Positions 19,574 to 28,281 of a stretch of 64,000 nt of DNA are shown piece by piece. Where the stretch lies: positions 1 to 64,000 of the IMG/VR virus record IMGVR_UViG_3300045988_146009. One strand, 5' to 3'. Below the pieces are notes generated by a model, which saw only the letters and a list, made by a program, of their open reading frames with translations, did no database searches and was not told where the DNA came from. Within the stretch, counting starts at the first letter, position 1. Each line of letters starts with the position of its first letter. Source of the stretch: a virus. The translations under genes and the position numbers were made by a program.

Positions 19574-20247
19574 TTTGCAAAGAAGTTAGACGTTGACCGG
19601 ATATAGGGGCGGGTATAGTGCAGTCTCATGTTAGGGTAAACTTCCTTTTCCAATACGTCTTCCAACTCATAAGAGCTTTTCAAAACTTTCTGAATAAGGA
19701 CTTTGGCTTTTTCTACCGCTTTAGAATGGTTCTTGAAAGCTTCTTCAATCTTGACAAGCTCACTGTTCACGAAGTTTATGCACTTGTCCAGTTCCGTTTT
19801 AAAGTTAGGGTTAAGCCGTCCATTTTGCGAAGTGGTAATACCCTCCAGAACATACCGTTCATAACGGGAACTCCATGTGTCTTCCCCGTAAATATCCTTA
19901 ACTCCGGTAGGGAGCATGACGCGCAGGGAAATAGCGGGGAAGAAGGTGCGTGAAGAATAGTTGTCTACGCTTCCCGGAGCAAGGACGCTTGCCCCTCTAA
20001 CATAATCATCTCCTCGGAAGTGCCTATTGAGAATATGACTAACATTACTCCAATCCTTTTCCCTCATAACCTTAAATTCGCCTGACTTTGTTTTAAAATC
20101 TGGACTGTCAAAAACGACTTTGAGATATTCAAGTGCATCCTTAAGCCGTTCATAGAAATATTGAAGTCCTTTCAAGTCACGCATGGCCTTATCATCTTCT
20201 TCAACGAATTTCCGAATAAAGTAGTTCATCATATCATTATTATTCAT
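19570..20247 (-). CDS. Hypothetical protein (225 aa)
   Basis: ORF. The conserved TAGAAAGACA leader lies upstream. Confidence 0.55.
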   Translation of the reverse strand: MNNNDMMNYFIRKFVEEDDKAMRDLKGLQYFYERLKDALEYLKVVFDSPDFKTKSGEFKVMREKDWSNVSHILNRHFRGDDYVRGASVLAPGSVDNYSSRTFFPAISLRVMLPTGVKDIYGEDTWSSRYERYVLEGITTSQNGRLNPNFKTELDKCINFVNSELVKIEEAFKNHSKAVEKAKVLIQKVLKSSYELEDVLEKEVYPNMRLHYTRPYIRSTSNFFAK

Positions 20248-20279
20248 TTCTTTTTGTCTTTCTATTTTTGTTTGTAGTT

Positions 20280-20972
20280 TTAGAGATTGTAGAATTTAAT
20301 ATATTCTTCCCTGCTTTTAAATGTCCTCACCTTCCCCCCGTGACCGTTGTATACGATTGTTTCAATTCCTTCGCCATTCGAACGGTTGTCATAAACATGA
20401 ATAGTAGAGCCGTCTTTTAAAGTAAAAGCCGTAGCAATTCCCTTATACTTAGGGTTTTTACGGGAGACTACACTGCGTGCGAGGTTGTAATTAGTATACA
20501 CACGCCCCATTTTTTGAGGCCACGGGTATGGGGTGCTATCCAGGCTCATAAACACATGGTCCATGCCGTTAGGATAGGAAAAGAAGTCCCATTTTTCCGG
20601 AGCTAGTTCGGCATCCCATTTGACTAGGTGAGTTAGCGAAAATTGGAACTGTGCATAAAACGGAACCAAATCCTCAAAGGCGAAAAGGAAACGTGCTCCC
20701 TGCTCAATAGCGTACTTAACCATTTTTTTACCAAATCCTTTCCCCTGGAATAGGTGAGAGACTATGAGGGAAACAAGTTCCCCCTCCGCGGTTATCGAAA
20801 ATACTCCGACGATGGAGCCGTCATTTACTAGCCTGAAACACTTGCATCCATTATCCCTGTACCAGTCACCGGGGTAAACGTCAACATGTACCTGATTCAT
20901 GTCTGACAGATAATGGCGCAGTTCCCCTGCAAGGCTCTCCATTGCATAAGGATTTATCTTTTCAATATACAT
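20280..20972 (-). CDS. GNAT-family N-acetyltransferase domain fused to a C-terminal domain of unknown function
   Basis: The acetyl-CoA-binding motif Q/R-x-x-G-x-G/A is present as HLFQGKGFGKKMVKYAIEQGARF. The roughly 130-aa C-terminal part is unrecognised. Confidence 0.65.
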   Translation of the reverse strand: MYIEKINPYAMESLAGELRHYLSDMNQVHVDVYPGDWYRDNGCKCFRLVNDGSIVGVFSITAEGELVSLIVSHLFQGKGFGKKMVKYAIEQGARFLFAFEDLVPFYAQFQFSLTHLVKWDAELAPEKWDFFSYPNGMDHVFMSLDSTPYPWPQKMGRVYTNYNLARSVVSRKNPKYKGIATAFTLKDGSTIHVYDNRSNGEGIETIVYNGHGGKVRTFKSREEYIKFYNL

Positions 20973-21065
20973 TTTCTTTTGTCTTTCTGTTTGTTGTGCC
21001 GGACGTTTTGGCCTCCGGCTCGCCTTACATGAACAGTTATACCATAGGAGCAGGGAAAAACAAGA

Positions 21066-21905
21066 CTAATCTTTTTTGTCTTGTGTCATACACCAATTAA
21101 ACGCCGCTTTACCTTGTTCAGAAATGGCCCATGGACTAAAAGAACGGTGGACAATACGGGGGCGGGTAACCACTTCTGCTAGAATACATCCATCTTCTTC
21201 CATGCTTTTATTACAATTGCATGGCATAGGGGTTCCCTTGCATTCTCCTCCCCTGTTTTTACGAATATGGCTCTCATAATCCATTGTTAGTAGCAATTCC
21301 TTTAACTCTTTCATGGCCTTATAATTATGGATAGGGTAAGCCATTCGCAAAGAGGTAGAGCTAAAATTCTCTGACTCTAAATAGATTGTGAGATAAAACT
21401 CCTTATTCTCCGTGTTTTCCGTAACGTGTGCAGTATACACGGCTTCCTCACCCTCCAAAATGTTCACAACGTCAGCCTCATACTCAATATATTGAGTTTC
21501 AGGGAGTTCTTCCGTTTTTGCAGGTTGTTTCGGAGCGTCCTTAATGGGCGTAGCGTACACATCAACCGTTGCACAGGGGAGGCCAAAACAGGGATATTGA
21601 TTAAAAGAATCCTCCGTTCCCTCAATTTCGACAATTACCTTCCATTCAGCGCGGAAATCGTCAAGTTCAGCGCGGTCTTCCTCGCTAAGTTCGCCTTCAT
21701 CATCTCCATACCCCATTAAATAAGGGAATGCCCATTGAGGAACGCCCTCAACCCTTTCGTAACTGTCTGACGTTTCATCCGTTTCAGATAAGATAATGTA
21801 CGTACTTCCGCAATGGGGGCATAGTCCGTTTAGAGGCGTAACGCTTCGGTTATCGCATTCCATGCAGTCATATTTTTCGTTTTCGTCGATAATAACAGTG
21901 CTCAT
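21066..21905 (-). CDS. Hypothetical protein with an N-terminal zinc ribbon (CMEC...CPHC), 279 aa
   Basis: ORF. The conserved 5' leader repeat lies upstream at 21906..21975. Confidence 0.6.
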   Translation of the reverse strand: MSTVIIDENEKYDCMECDNRSVTPLNGLCPHCGSTYIILSETDETSDSYERVEGVPQWAFPYLMGYGDDEGELSEEDRAELDDFRAEWKVIVEIEGTEDSFNQYPCFGLPCATVDVYATPIKDAPKQPAKTEELPETQYIEYEADVVNILEGEEAVYTAHVTENTENKEFYLTIYLESENFSSTSLRMAYPIHNYKAMKELKELLLTMDYESHIRKNRGGECKGTPMPCNCNKSMEEDGCILAEVVTRPRIVHRSFSPWAISEQGKAAFNWCMTQDKKD

Positions 21906-22029
21906 TTTTATGTTTTCTATTTTAGTTTGTTGGTTGGTTGCGGGGTTGTGTTCCCCTTACGCAATCCTTTATATTATATTAGAGGGGAAACGCAAGGGAA
22001 ATGTTCATGCCTTGTGTCATACTTAACTG

Positions 22030-22332
22030 TTAAGGCTTTACGAGGTATTCTTTATAAATCTTCAACGCTTCTCCATGCGTTCTTGGTGCTTCATTCCCAT
22101 CTATGGCTCCCCACATGCTTAATATTTCAAAGTTCGTTTCCGTCCTTTTCATGGACAAAACGGCATAAATGTTATACTTTAGTTGTCCATCTTTCCGGAA
22201 AGCCTTGTCTTTAGGTATGTCATTGTCTATAGCTAATGGGCCGTTAAACGGTTGCTTGAAAAACTTAAATTCCGTAACTTCCTCATTTGCATAGGGGTAC
22301 AAATCTTTCGTCCAATAATATACTTTTTTCAT
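22030..22332 (-). CDS. Hypothetical protein (100 aa)
   Basis: ORF. The perfect palindrome GTTCCACGTGGAAC lies 10 nt upstream of the start. Confidence 0.5.
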   Translation of the reverse strand: MKKVYYWTKDLYPYANEEVTEFKFFKQPFNGPLAIDNDIPKDKAFRKDGQLKYNIYAVLSMKRTETNFEILSMWGAIDGNEAPRTHGEALKIYKEYLVKP

Positions 22333-22376
22333 TTTAGGATTGTTCCACGTGGAACATTTTAGTTATTGATTTGTGA

Positions 22377-22946
22377 TTAGGCGGTTATAGTCTTTTTGAC
22401 TGATAGAGTCAAATGGTAGCGGGTAAAACAAGCTCCTGTATCCGAATCATAAGAACAATTGGCCCGCAACTCTTCATGTTCTGCTTCAACCATTTCCGCT
22501 AGTTCGTTAGGCGAACAATCCAGAACAGGGGTGTACGCCTCAATTTTGGTGAGGAAAAAGTTGGCTTCAATTTCTTTTGTCTTCCCTCCGTTCTTTCTTA
22601 CAAGGTTTTCCACCGTGCCTAGTGCCGCGGTCAGAATCTCCTTGCGTTTATCCTGCAATATGGTAATAATCGCAAGCGGCTTTCCTTCAATGCGTTGGAT
22701 ACGGGAACAAACCAAAAAGCCTTGTTTGTGCAATACATTTAAAGCAACGTCTTTTTTGTCCACCGGAACGGCAATGCGTCGAATGTTGTGCTCTACCTGC
22801 TTCTCCGTTGCTGATTGCAGGTCATAAACCTTACAACCTAAGCCTGTTAAGGTATTCAGGATGATTTTTGAAAAAAAGTCTTTACGCATCTTTTTGAATA
22901 AGCCATGTTGTTTCGGTAGTTTCCCGGTCAAATCCAATGCTTGCAT
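22377..22946 (-). CDS. Hypothetical protein (189 aa; start possibly at 22889)
   Basis: ORF. The long form overlaps the 22882..23115 ORF. Confidence 0.5.
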   Translation of the reverse strand: MQALDLTGKLPKQHGLFKKMRKDFFSKIILNTLTGLGCKVYDLQSATEKQVEHNIRRIAVPVDKKDVALNVLHKQGFLVCSRIQRIEGKPLAIITILQDKRKEILTAALGTVENLVRKNGGKTKEIEANFFLTKIEAYTPVLDCSPNELAEMVEAEHEELRANCSYDSDTGACFTRYHLTLSVKKTITA

Positions 22947-23115
22947 AAGACGGCCCTACAAAGTCACTGACTTCACGGACGATTTTAATGTCTGGACCTG
23001 CTTTAGCTAAAACCCTTAATAGCAGGTTCTTTCCGGGTTTAAAAGAGAGTTCTACTTTTTCAACTCCTTCCCGGTTGTTCAAATGGCTTAATGCTTCAAA
23101 TAGTTTCTTGTTCAT
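22882..23115 (-). CDS. Hypothetical protein (77 aa)
   Basis: ORF only. Confidence 0.4.
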   Translation of the reverse strand: MNKKLFEALSHLNNREGVEKVELSFKPGKNLLLRVLAKAGPDIKIVREVSDFVGPSYASIGFDRETTETTWLIQKDA

Positions 23116-23120
23116 GTTTT

Positions 23121-23537
23121 TTATGCGTTAAAGTTAAAGGCTTTTTGAATATTTTTCCCCTGTACCGTTACGGACGTGAGGGAATACATTTTATACTGCA
23201 ACATGTGTATGTTTTGTTCAGACTTTAGGGCAAGGATTTTTGAATCATACTTGTTTGTCTTATCAATCGCCACCTCTACCACGGCACAATAGGCAAACCA
23301 TAAGAGAGTTAATGCGCTTGCGTAAACTCCAACGATACAAAAAAGCTCCGTTACGTTGGTTCCGTTGTAAATCTTGGTTGCCAAAATGATGACAAGAATA
23401 AAGGCAAGCCATGCAGAGATTCTTTCAAAGTTCAATCCATCCAAGGCCCTATATATTCCCCGCCACCTTTTAAATGAGCGGGTGAGTTCCGAAATCTCAC
23501 GGGCGTGAACAAAGCTAGCGTAAAAAGCGTATTTCAT
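23121..23537 (-). CDS. Integral membrane protein (2 TM helices), 138 aa
   Basis: Hydrophobic stretches WLAFILVIILATKIY and LFCIVGVYASALTLLWFAYCAVV. Confidence 0.5.
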   Translation of the reverse strand: MKYAFYASFVHAREISELTRSFKRWRGIYRALDGLNFERISAWLAFILVIILATKIYNGTNVTELFCIVGVYASALTLLWFAYCAVVEVAIDKTNKYDSKILALKSEQNIHMLQYKMYSLTSVTVQGKNIQKAFNFNA

Positions 23538-23542
23538 AAATG

Positions 23543-23743
23543 TTAGAAGTTAAGGGCCGATATAAAACGCTTCATTTCAGCGATAGAGGTGCATTCAAAT
23601 GTTAGTGCTGGATTCCAATTTGAGCGGAAAATAAATCCTCCCTCCGTTTTCTGAACATAGGCAAAGGTGGAGAGCAATTCTTCCCTATCATGGATAAAGC
23701 TATTTTCCAGTCTGTCCAGAGCATCAATGTCTTTCTTATTCAT
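23543..23743 (-). CDS. Hypothetical small protein (66 aa)
   Basis: ORF. Conserved leader AACTAAAATAGAAAAATG. Confidence 0.4.
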   Translation of the reverse strand: MNKKDIDALDRLENSFIHDREELLSTFAYVQKTEGGFIFRSNWNPALTFECTSIAEMKRFISALNF

Positions 23744-23855
23744 TTTTCTATTTTAGTTTTAGGCGGTTGCCTCGTTACGTGTTTCTTTATAACATTTTTG
23801 AGCAGGTAAACAAGGAAAATGTTCATGCCTTGTGTCATACTTCACTGTTAATCAG

Positions 23856-24191
23856 TTATGCAGAAAAATTAAAATTTAGCATATCCGGGTGCGTGGTAAA
23901 TTGTAGTTGTCTATCCTCAAAAATGACAAATCCTAAGATGTTGCTATCAATACTCATTCTCTTTTTTAACTCTATAGCGAGATTGTGGAGGACGGTATGC
24001 CCGCATAAGGTCCACGCTAGCATTGCGTGGCTTACAAGCTCCCCTGCATCATTCCGGGTTATGGGGTGGATGTGGATGCCTTGTCTTCCAACGTCATCAT
24101 ACAAGTCCCACAACATAAATTGGTTATCATACACAATGCAATCCGGGAAAATCTCCTTCAAATCCTGCAAATATTCTTTTATTTCTTTCAT
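23856..24191 (-). CDS. Hypothetical protein (111 aa)
   Basis: ORF only. Confidence 0.5.
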   Translation of the reverse strand: MKEIKEYLQDLKEIFPDCIVYDNQFMLWDLYDDVGRQGIHIHPITRNDAGELVSHAMLAWTLCGHTVLHNLAIELKKRMSIDSNILGFVIFEDRQLQFTTHPDMLNFNFSA

Positions 24192-24218
24192 GGTTCTATG
24201 TCTTTCTAATTTAGGGGT

Positions 24219-24554
24219 TTAAACTAAGTCAATAGCGCGTAAAAACAAACGCTTGTCATGGTCAAAATAGGTCCACCCGTACTTTCCGAGGTTGTATCCG
24301 GCTACTTTCCTATCTCCATGTATCCGGTGAGGCATCCATTCGACACTGATATTTTCTTCCCCTACCCCGTGGATGACGGCATGAGTTCCTTCCTCCATCA
24401 ATTCCCGGAGGGTTCCGAAACGGACAAAACTGCGGGCAACTTGGTAGTGTGTATGACCTTCCTTTTTGTAATACTCTTCTGCAAACTTATGCAGGCCCTT
24501 GCTTGGTTTTTGTATGATTATCATTGTTTTATGTCTTTCCAGTTTATTTTCCAA
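24219..24554 (-). CDS. Hypothetical protein (111 aa)
   Basis: ORF only. Confidence 0.5.
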   Translation of the reverse strand: MENKLERHKTMIIIQKPSKGLHKFAEEYYKKEGHTHYQVARSFVRFGTLRELMEEGTHAVIHGVGEENISVEWMPHRIHGDRKVAGYNLGKYGWTYFDHDKRLFLRAIDLV

Positions 24555-24831
24555 GGGATATTTTAGTAAGGGCCTCCCTCATTTTCTCCATGCTAGCGGC
24601 GTATATAAAATGACGCACAAGGGGAGTTGCATCCGTGCGGGTTGCAAGATAACCTAACCCTGTTTTATCAATCCAATAAGGCACTGATTCCAGAGTTATC
24701 CTTGCCCCTTCTGCCCCTAATTTTTCCAGCTCCAATAGTGCTTTTAAATCGTTGGATGTTAACATTTTCTTGTATCTTTCTATTTTAGTTCGTTGCTTGG
24801 TTGGTTGTAGGGTTGTGTTCCCCTTACGCAT
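24544..24831 (-). CDS. Hypothetical protein (95 aa)
   Basis: ORF. The conserved 50-nt leader lies upstream at 24832..24860. Confidence 0.45.
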   Translation of the reverse strand: MRKGNTTLQPTKQRTKIERYKKMLTSNDLKALLELEKLGAEGARITLESVPYWIDKTGLGYLATRTDATPLVRHFIYAASMEKMREALTKISLGK

Positions 24832-24911
24832 TCTTTATAGCATCTTTGAGCAGGGGCACAAGCGTTTTATTTCACGTTTGTGTCATACAAAATTGTTCCA
24901 CGTGGAACTTT

Positions 24912-25604
24912 TTATCTCTCCGCATGTTCTTTTACCTTGTCACGTTTAACCAACGGCAAGACGGGAGGAAACACCCCGCTTGCGTAGTCCTCCCGGCTAA
25001 CTCCCTGCCAAGCATAACCTTTGTATGTAGGCTGACGGCGTTTTACTACGTTGTTAATTCCAGCCGCTAACCCCTTTACCGCCCGCGCCGCATCCCAGTA
25101 ACTAGGATACATGGTGATAGGCTCCAGGGTTTCCCGGTTTATCTGCATGACGGGCCGCGCGGATTTGTGCAATCCCTTTTCAATGTTCCCCTTCAATGTC
25201 TTTTTCCGTTTTTTCACGCAGTTACCGTAACGTATGTTTTCCCGGTGAGTACACCATTGCAGATTCTCCGCACGGTTGTTCATGGGGTTTTCATCTAAAT
25301 GGTTTACATCTAACTCGCTTATTTTGTACCCTTTAAGATGCGCGCCTAACGGCACAAACGCACCCGCAACAAGGCGATGAACATAATATTTATAGTGCCA
25401 TCCTCCCTTTTCATCCAGCAAGGGAACATATTTATAACCGTTCCGGCTAGTCTGGATGCGTAAAAGCCTGTTGACAAGCTTGCTCCACACCGCGCCCATG
25501 TTACTCACAAGGTACAATTCCCTGCAACCTTTCAGCGGTACAGGTTCCCACAGTTCCCCCGGTCTAGTACATTCAGCTAGTGTCTTCTTCTCCTTCTTCT
25601 TCAC
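24912..25604 (-). CDS. HNH homing endonuclease (HNH_3 core plus a C-terminal AP2/NUMOD-like DNA-binding region)
   Basis: Motif LDVNHLDENPMNNRAENLQWCTHRENIRYGN. The C-terminal part carries YKGYAWQ. Confidence 0.7.
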   Translation of the reverse strand: MKKKEKKTLAECTRPGELWEPVPLKGCRELYLVSNMGAVWSKLVNRLLRIQTSRNGYKYVPLLDEKGGWHYKYYVHRLVAGAFVPLGAHLKGYKISELDVNHLDENPMNNRAENLQWCTHRENIRYGNCVKKRKKTLKGNIEKGLHKSARPVMQINRETLEPITMYPSYWDAARAVKGLAAGINNVVKRRQPTYKGYAWQGVSREDYASGVFPPVLPLVKRDKVKEHAER

Positions 25605-25789
25605 TTATCAATCCCTTTCCTGCTTTTAATCCCTTTCAATTTCTCTCCTAATTCTTTAAGCCGCGCTTCTTCTTCCGTAAGCTTTCGATTCCCCTGCTTA
25701 ATCCCTCGGTTTATGCGCCTAAAATCCTCGGAGAGTTTATCCAGTTTCCGCCTCAACTCTATAAACTGTTCGGTACTGTTAATTGCCAT
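25601..25789 (-). CDS. Small coiled-coil protein (62 aa)
   Basis: ORF with 4-nt coupling to the HNH gene. It is the first gene of the leftward block beside the control region. Confidence 0.4.
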   Translation of the reverse strand: MAINSTEQFIELRRKLDKLSEDFRRINRGIKQGNRKLTEEEARLKELGEKLKGIKSRKGIDK

Positions 25790-25835
25790 GTCTCCTTTAT
25801 ATAGTAGGCACGCCGTTTTTCAAGCTTTTTGTGCG

Positions 25836-25871
25836 CCATTTCCCCGCTTTTCAAGCTTTTTATAGTGTACC
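25836..25871. promoter_or_regulatory. Direct repeat TTTTCAAGCTTTTT x2, 22 bp apart, at the left edge of the control region
   Basis: Read directly. Candidate promoter or operator element for the leftward block. Confidence 0.35.
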
Positions 25872-26199
25872 GCAATTGTTGCGTTAGCCCTAAAAACTGC
25901 ACCATTACTGTTACTTTTGGCTTTCTTTGGACTTTCTCCCGAATTCCTTCGCACAGAAAGGGGCCTATAAGGGCCTTTTGAGCAGGGAGCCTTACTATTA
26001 TACCCGGCGATTTTGCCCGCCCGTATACGCAAACCTCATGCGTTTTATTTTCGCCAATTCCGCACTTTTCGCCCTAAACGTACTAAGTGCACCTAAAATG
26101 GTACATAAATCATCCATTCGTAACGGAAAGAGTACTATTCACTTTTTATACAACTGTATACATTCTGGCATTTCGTACCGTTATAGGTACTGGTTCGTA

Positions 26200-28110
26200 T
26201 CATTTCCGTGCTATACGCCCTAAACGGTCTTCCCGTTCGTGTAGGGAGTAATGGGCATTTCGTCCTTTTCGTTCGTGTAGGGCGTGGAGTCTGCTACGTC
26301 ATTCCGGTCCATGTAGTGCATTCCGTTCACTTCGTTCTTCCGTCCTTCTGGTCCATGTAGTTCGATTAGGGCGTGTAGTGCGTATAGCTCCATCTAGGGC
26401 ATTCCATCCTTTCAGTCCCTATAGTTCGATTAAGGCATTCCGTTCACTTCGTCCTTTAAGTCCGTATAGTGCGTTTAGTGCGTTTAGTGCGTTTAGAGTT
26501 TTACATTTTTGTAAAATATCAACATATCATGATGTGTAAATATGTTGTTTCCTATTGACCCCTTCACTACATATCGGGGCATATAATGGGAGAGACACAC
26601 TATATGTAGTGTTCTCTGCTCTATCAGGCACCAATCATTTTGACGAATATCAAAATGTAAAACTAAAAATTTATACGTTTGAGAGGTTTTGTATAAAGAT
26701 TATATACACTTGTATACAAAGTGAGAGTAAAAGGTATTTGTTTCCCATTGGCACCATACATCATGTAGTGCCTATTGGTTACGGGAACACTACATACAGG
26801 AGTCATGATAACATATCTACATATCATGATATGATGATGTTTTACATTTTTGTAAAACTAAAAGGAGAGAAGCCTCTTCTGTTTCCTATTGACCCCTTTA
26901 TATTTCAGAGCAGGGAAATTCCAACACTCCGGACTTCACGCACTAAACGTCACTTTACGTTCTAAGTCAACACGTTACGCATATCCGCAACCGATTAGGC
27001 ATTACAAACGTTTCTCGAAATTATCTCTTAAAAAACAAATGTTATTTCATAGTACGTATTGATTATTAGGGACTTACGTTTTCAATGTCGTACATAAACG
27101 TAATGATAATATTAGTTCAGAAAGGTACGCTATCGGCGTAGAATACAATAAGCCCCCTGAAAAAGGTACTTGAATCGGTGCATTTCGAGCGTGAAAATCG
27201 CTTAGAACGTGAAGGACACCACGACGGTGACTCCCCCTTCGAGCGTAACGCGCTCATTAGTAAATCATTAGGTCACATTTTTCCGGAAATGGGGTTTCTG
27301 CTTTTTCAAAATGGGCCCCATGCCGAGGGGACACCACGGGTCTCGATTGCCTTTTCCTGCTCCGGCGTGGGCCTAAAATAGGCGAGAGGGGGTACGTATG
27401 GACAGACTGTACGTGAACGGGGGTGTGAGGGGCCTTCTATGGGCCTACGCATAGGTGAGTGCGGTTGAGGTCATTTAGCCCGGAAGGTCCATATTGGGAT
27501 GGAAATTCCTGAACTATTTTCATAACTGCCTCAGTGATAATCATTTTATGGAGCAGGGAAGTCCAAATAATCCGATTGTGTGATGATGTGTATATTTTGA
27601 ATACGAGATAACTTCACTCTCCAGGTTACGCCCTAAATCCTTAATTTTTAATAATATATAAATACTGTGTACTATGTAATATCTAATTACTATATAGAGG
27701 TATAAAAATATTTATTATTTAATATAAAAATAATACCAAAAAAGAAAAGAAGAAAAGACGAAATTGAAAAAGTAAAAAAAAATAATTCTAGGTCTATATG
27801 GGGGAGGGGGGAATAACAACACACACTATGCCCCTTTTTTTCACTGCTTGTATTTACATATTAAAGGGTTATGGTGTGAAAAGACACGTAAATATCGTGA
27901 ATACGCATCTGCACACTTTTTGATACAGTAACACAAGTTTTCACCACGTTATCCCAAATTTATACCTGTTTTAACCCCATTTTGTACATTACCATTATAT
28001 CTTGGGATATTCTGTTATTCTCTAAAAAACACCAAATCGAATCGCCCTACACGCCCTAATCGTACCTAAGCGGACCCTATCGCACTCCACGTTCTCTACG
28101 TCCTCTTCCT
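26200..28110. repeat. Complex non-coding repeat region, candidate replication origin and divergent control region. It holds iteron-like direct repeats, nested inverted repeats and small palindromes.
   Basis: Direct repeats: CGTTCGTGTAGGG x2, GCATTCCGTTCACTTCGT x2, TGCGTTTAG x3 in tandem (26470..26496) with an inverted copy at 26939..26949, and GTTTCCTATTGACCCCTT x2 (26547 and 26881). The palindrome TTTTACATTTTTGTAAAA occurs twice (26499 and 26839). A 16-bp inverted pair CGATTAGGGCGTGTAG (26353..26368) and CTACACGCCCTAATCG (28047..28062) flanks the region. No credible ORF lies anywhere in it. Confidence 0.6.
27641..27795. other. Extreme A+T-rich tract (~155 bp), candidate DNA-unwinding element, followed by the G-tract GGGGGAGGGGGG
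   Basis: Direct reading: taatatataaatactg...aaaaataataccaaaaaagaaaagaagaaaagacgaaattgaaaaagtaaaaaaaaataatt. Confidence 0.5.
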
Positions 28111-28173
28111 CCCAAAACCCCCTCTTCGCCCCTCTCCTCCCCAACTTTTTCTCTCCGCACACGCAAATTTAGG

Positions 28174-28202
28174 TTGACTCTTTCTCTGCTACCTGCTATA
28201 TC
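28174..28202 (+). promoter_or_regulatory. Sigma70-like promoter TTGACT-N17-TATATC upstream of the primase gene
   Basis: The hexamers are read directly, about 80 nt upstream of the ATG at 28282. Confidence 0.45.
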
Positions 28203-28281
28203 TCTCCCACACGCGAAGGACCTGTTTTACCCCTTCGCACCACCAAATGCCACATCCTATGTGGCCAAACACTAATCGAAC

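Noticed and set aside
23856-24554. Adjacent 111-aa ORFs as halves of a split metallophosphatase
   Set aside because: The GDxHG, GDxxDR and GNHE motifs could not be found. The idea is speculative only.
26220-26500. CRISPR-like appearance of the short repeats in the non-coding region
   Set aside because: Repeat units are short (9-18 bp), irregularly spaced, in both orientations, and lack uniform spacers. They are iteron or operator-type repeats, not a CRISPR array.
26555-26965. 136-aa ORF, and the 67-aa ORF at 27178, inside the control region
   Set aside because: They run straight across tandem and inverted repeats, have odd composition, and lack any start context shared with real genes. Treated as non-coding.
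25790-28281. tRNA or tmRNA genes in the large non-coding region
   Set aside because: No GTTCRANYC T-loop with an appropriately spaced acceptor stem was found by eye. This was not exhaustively excluded.
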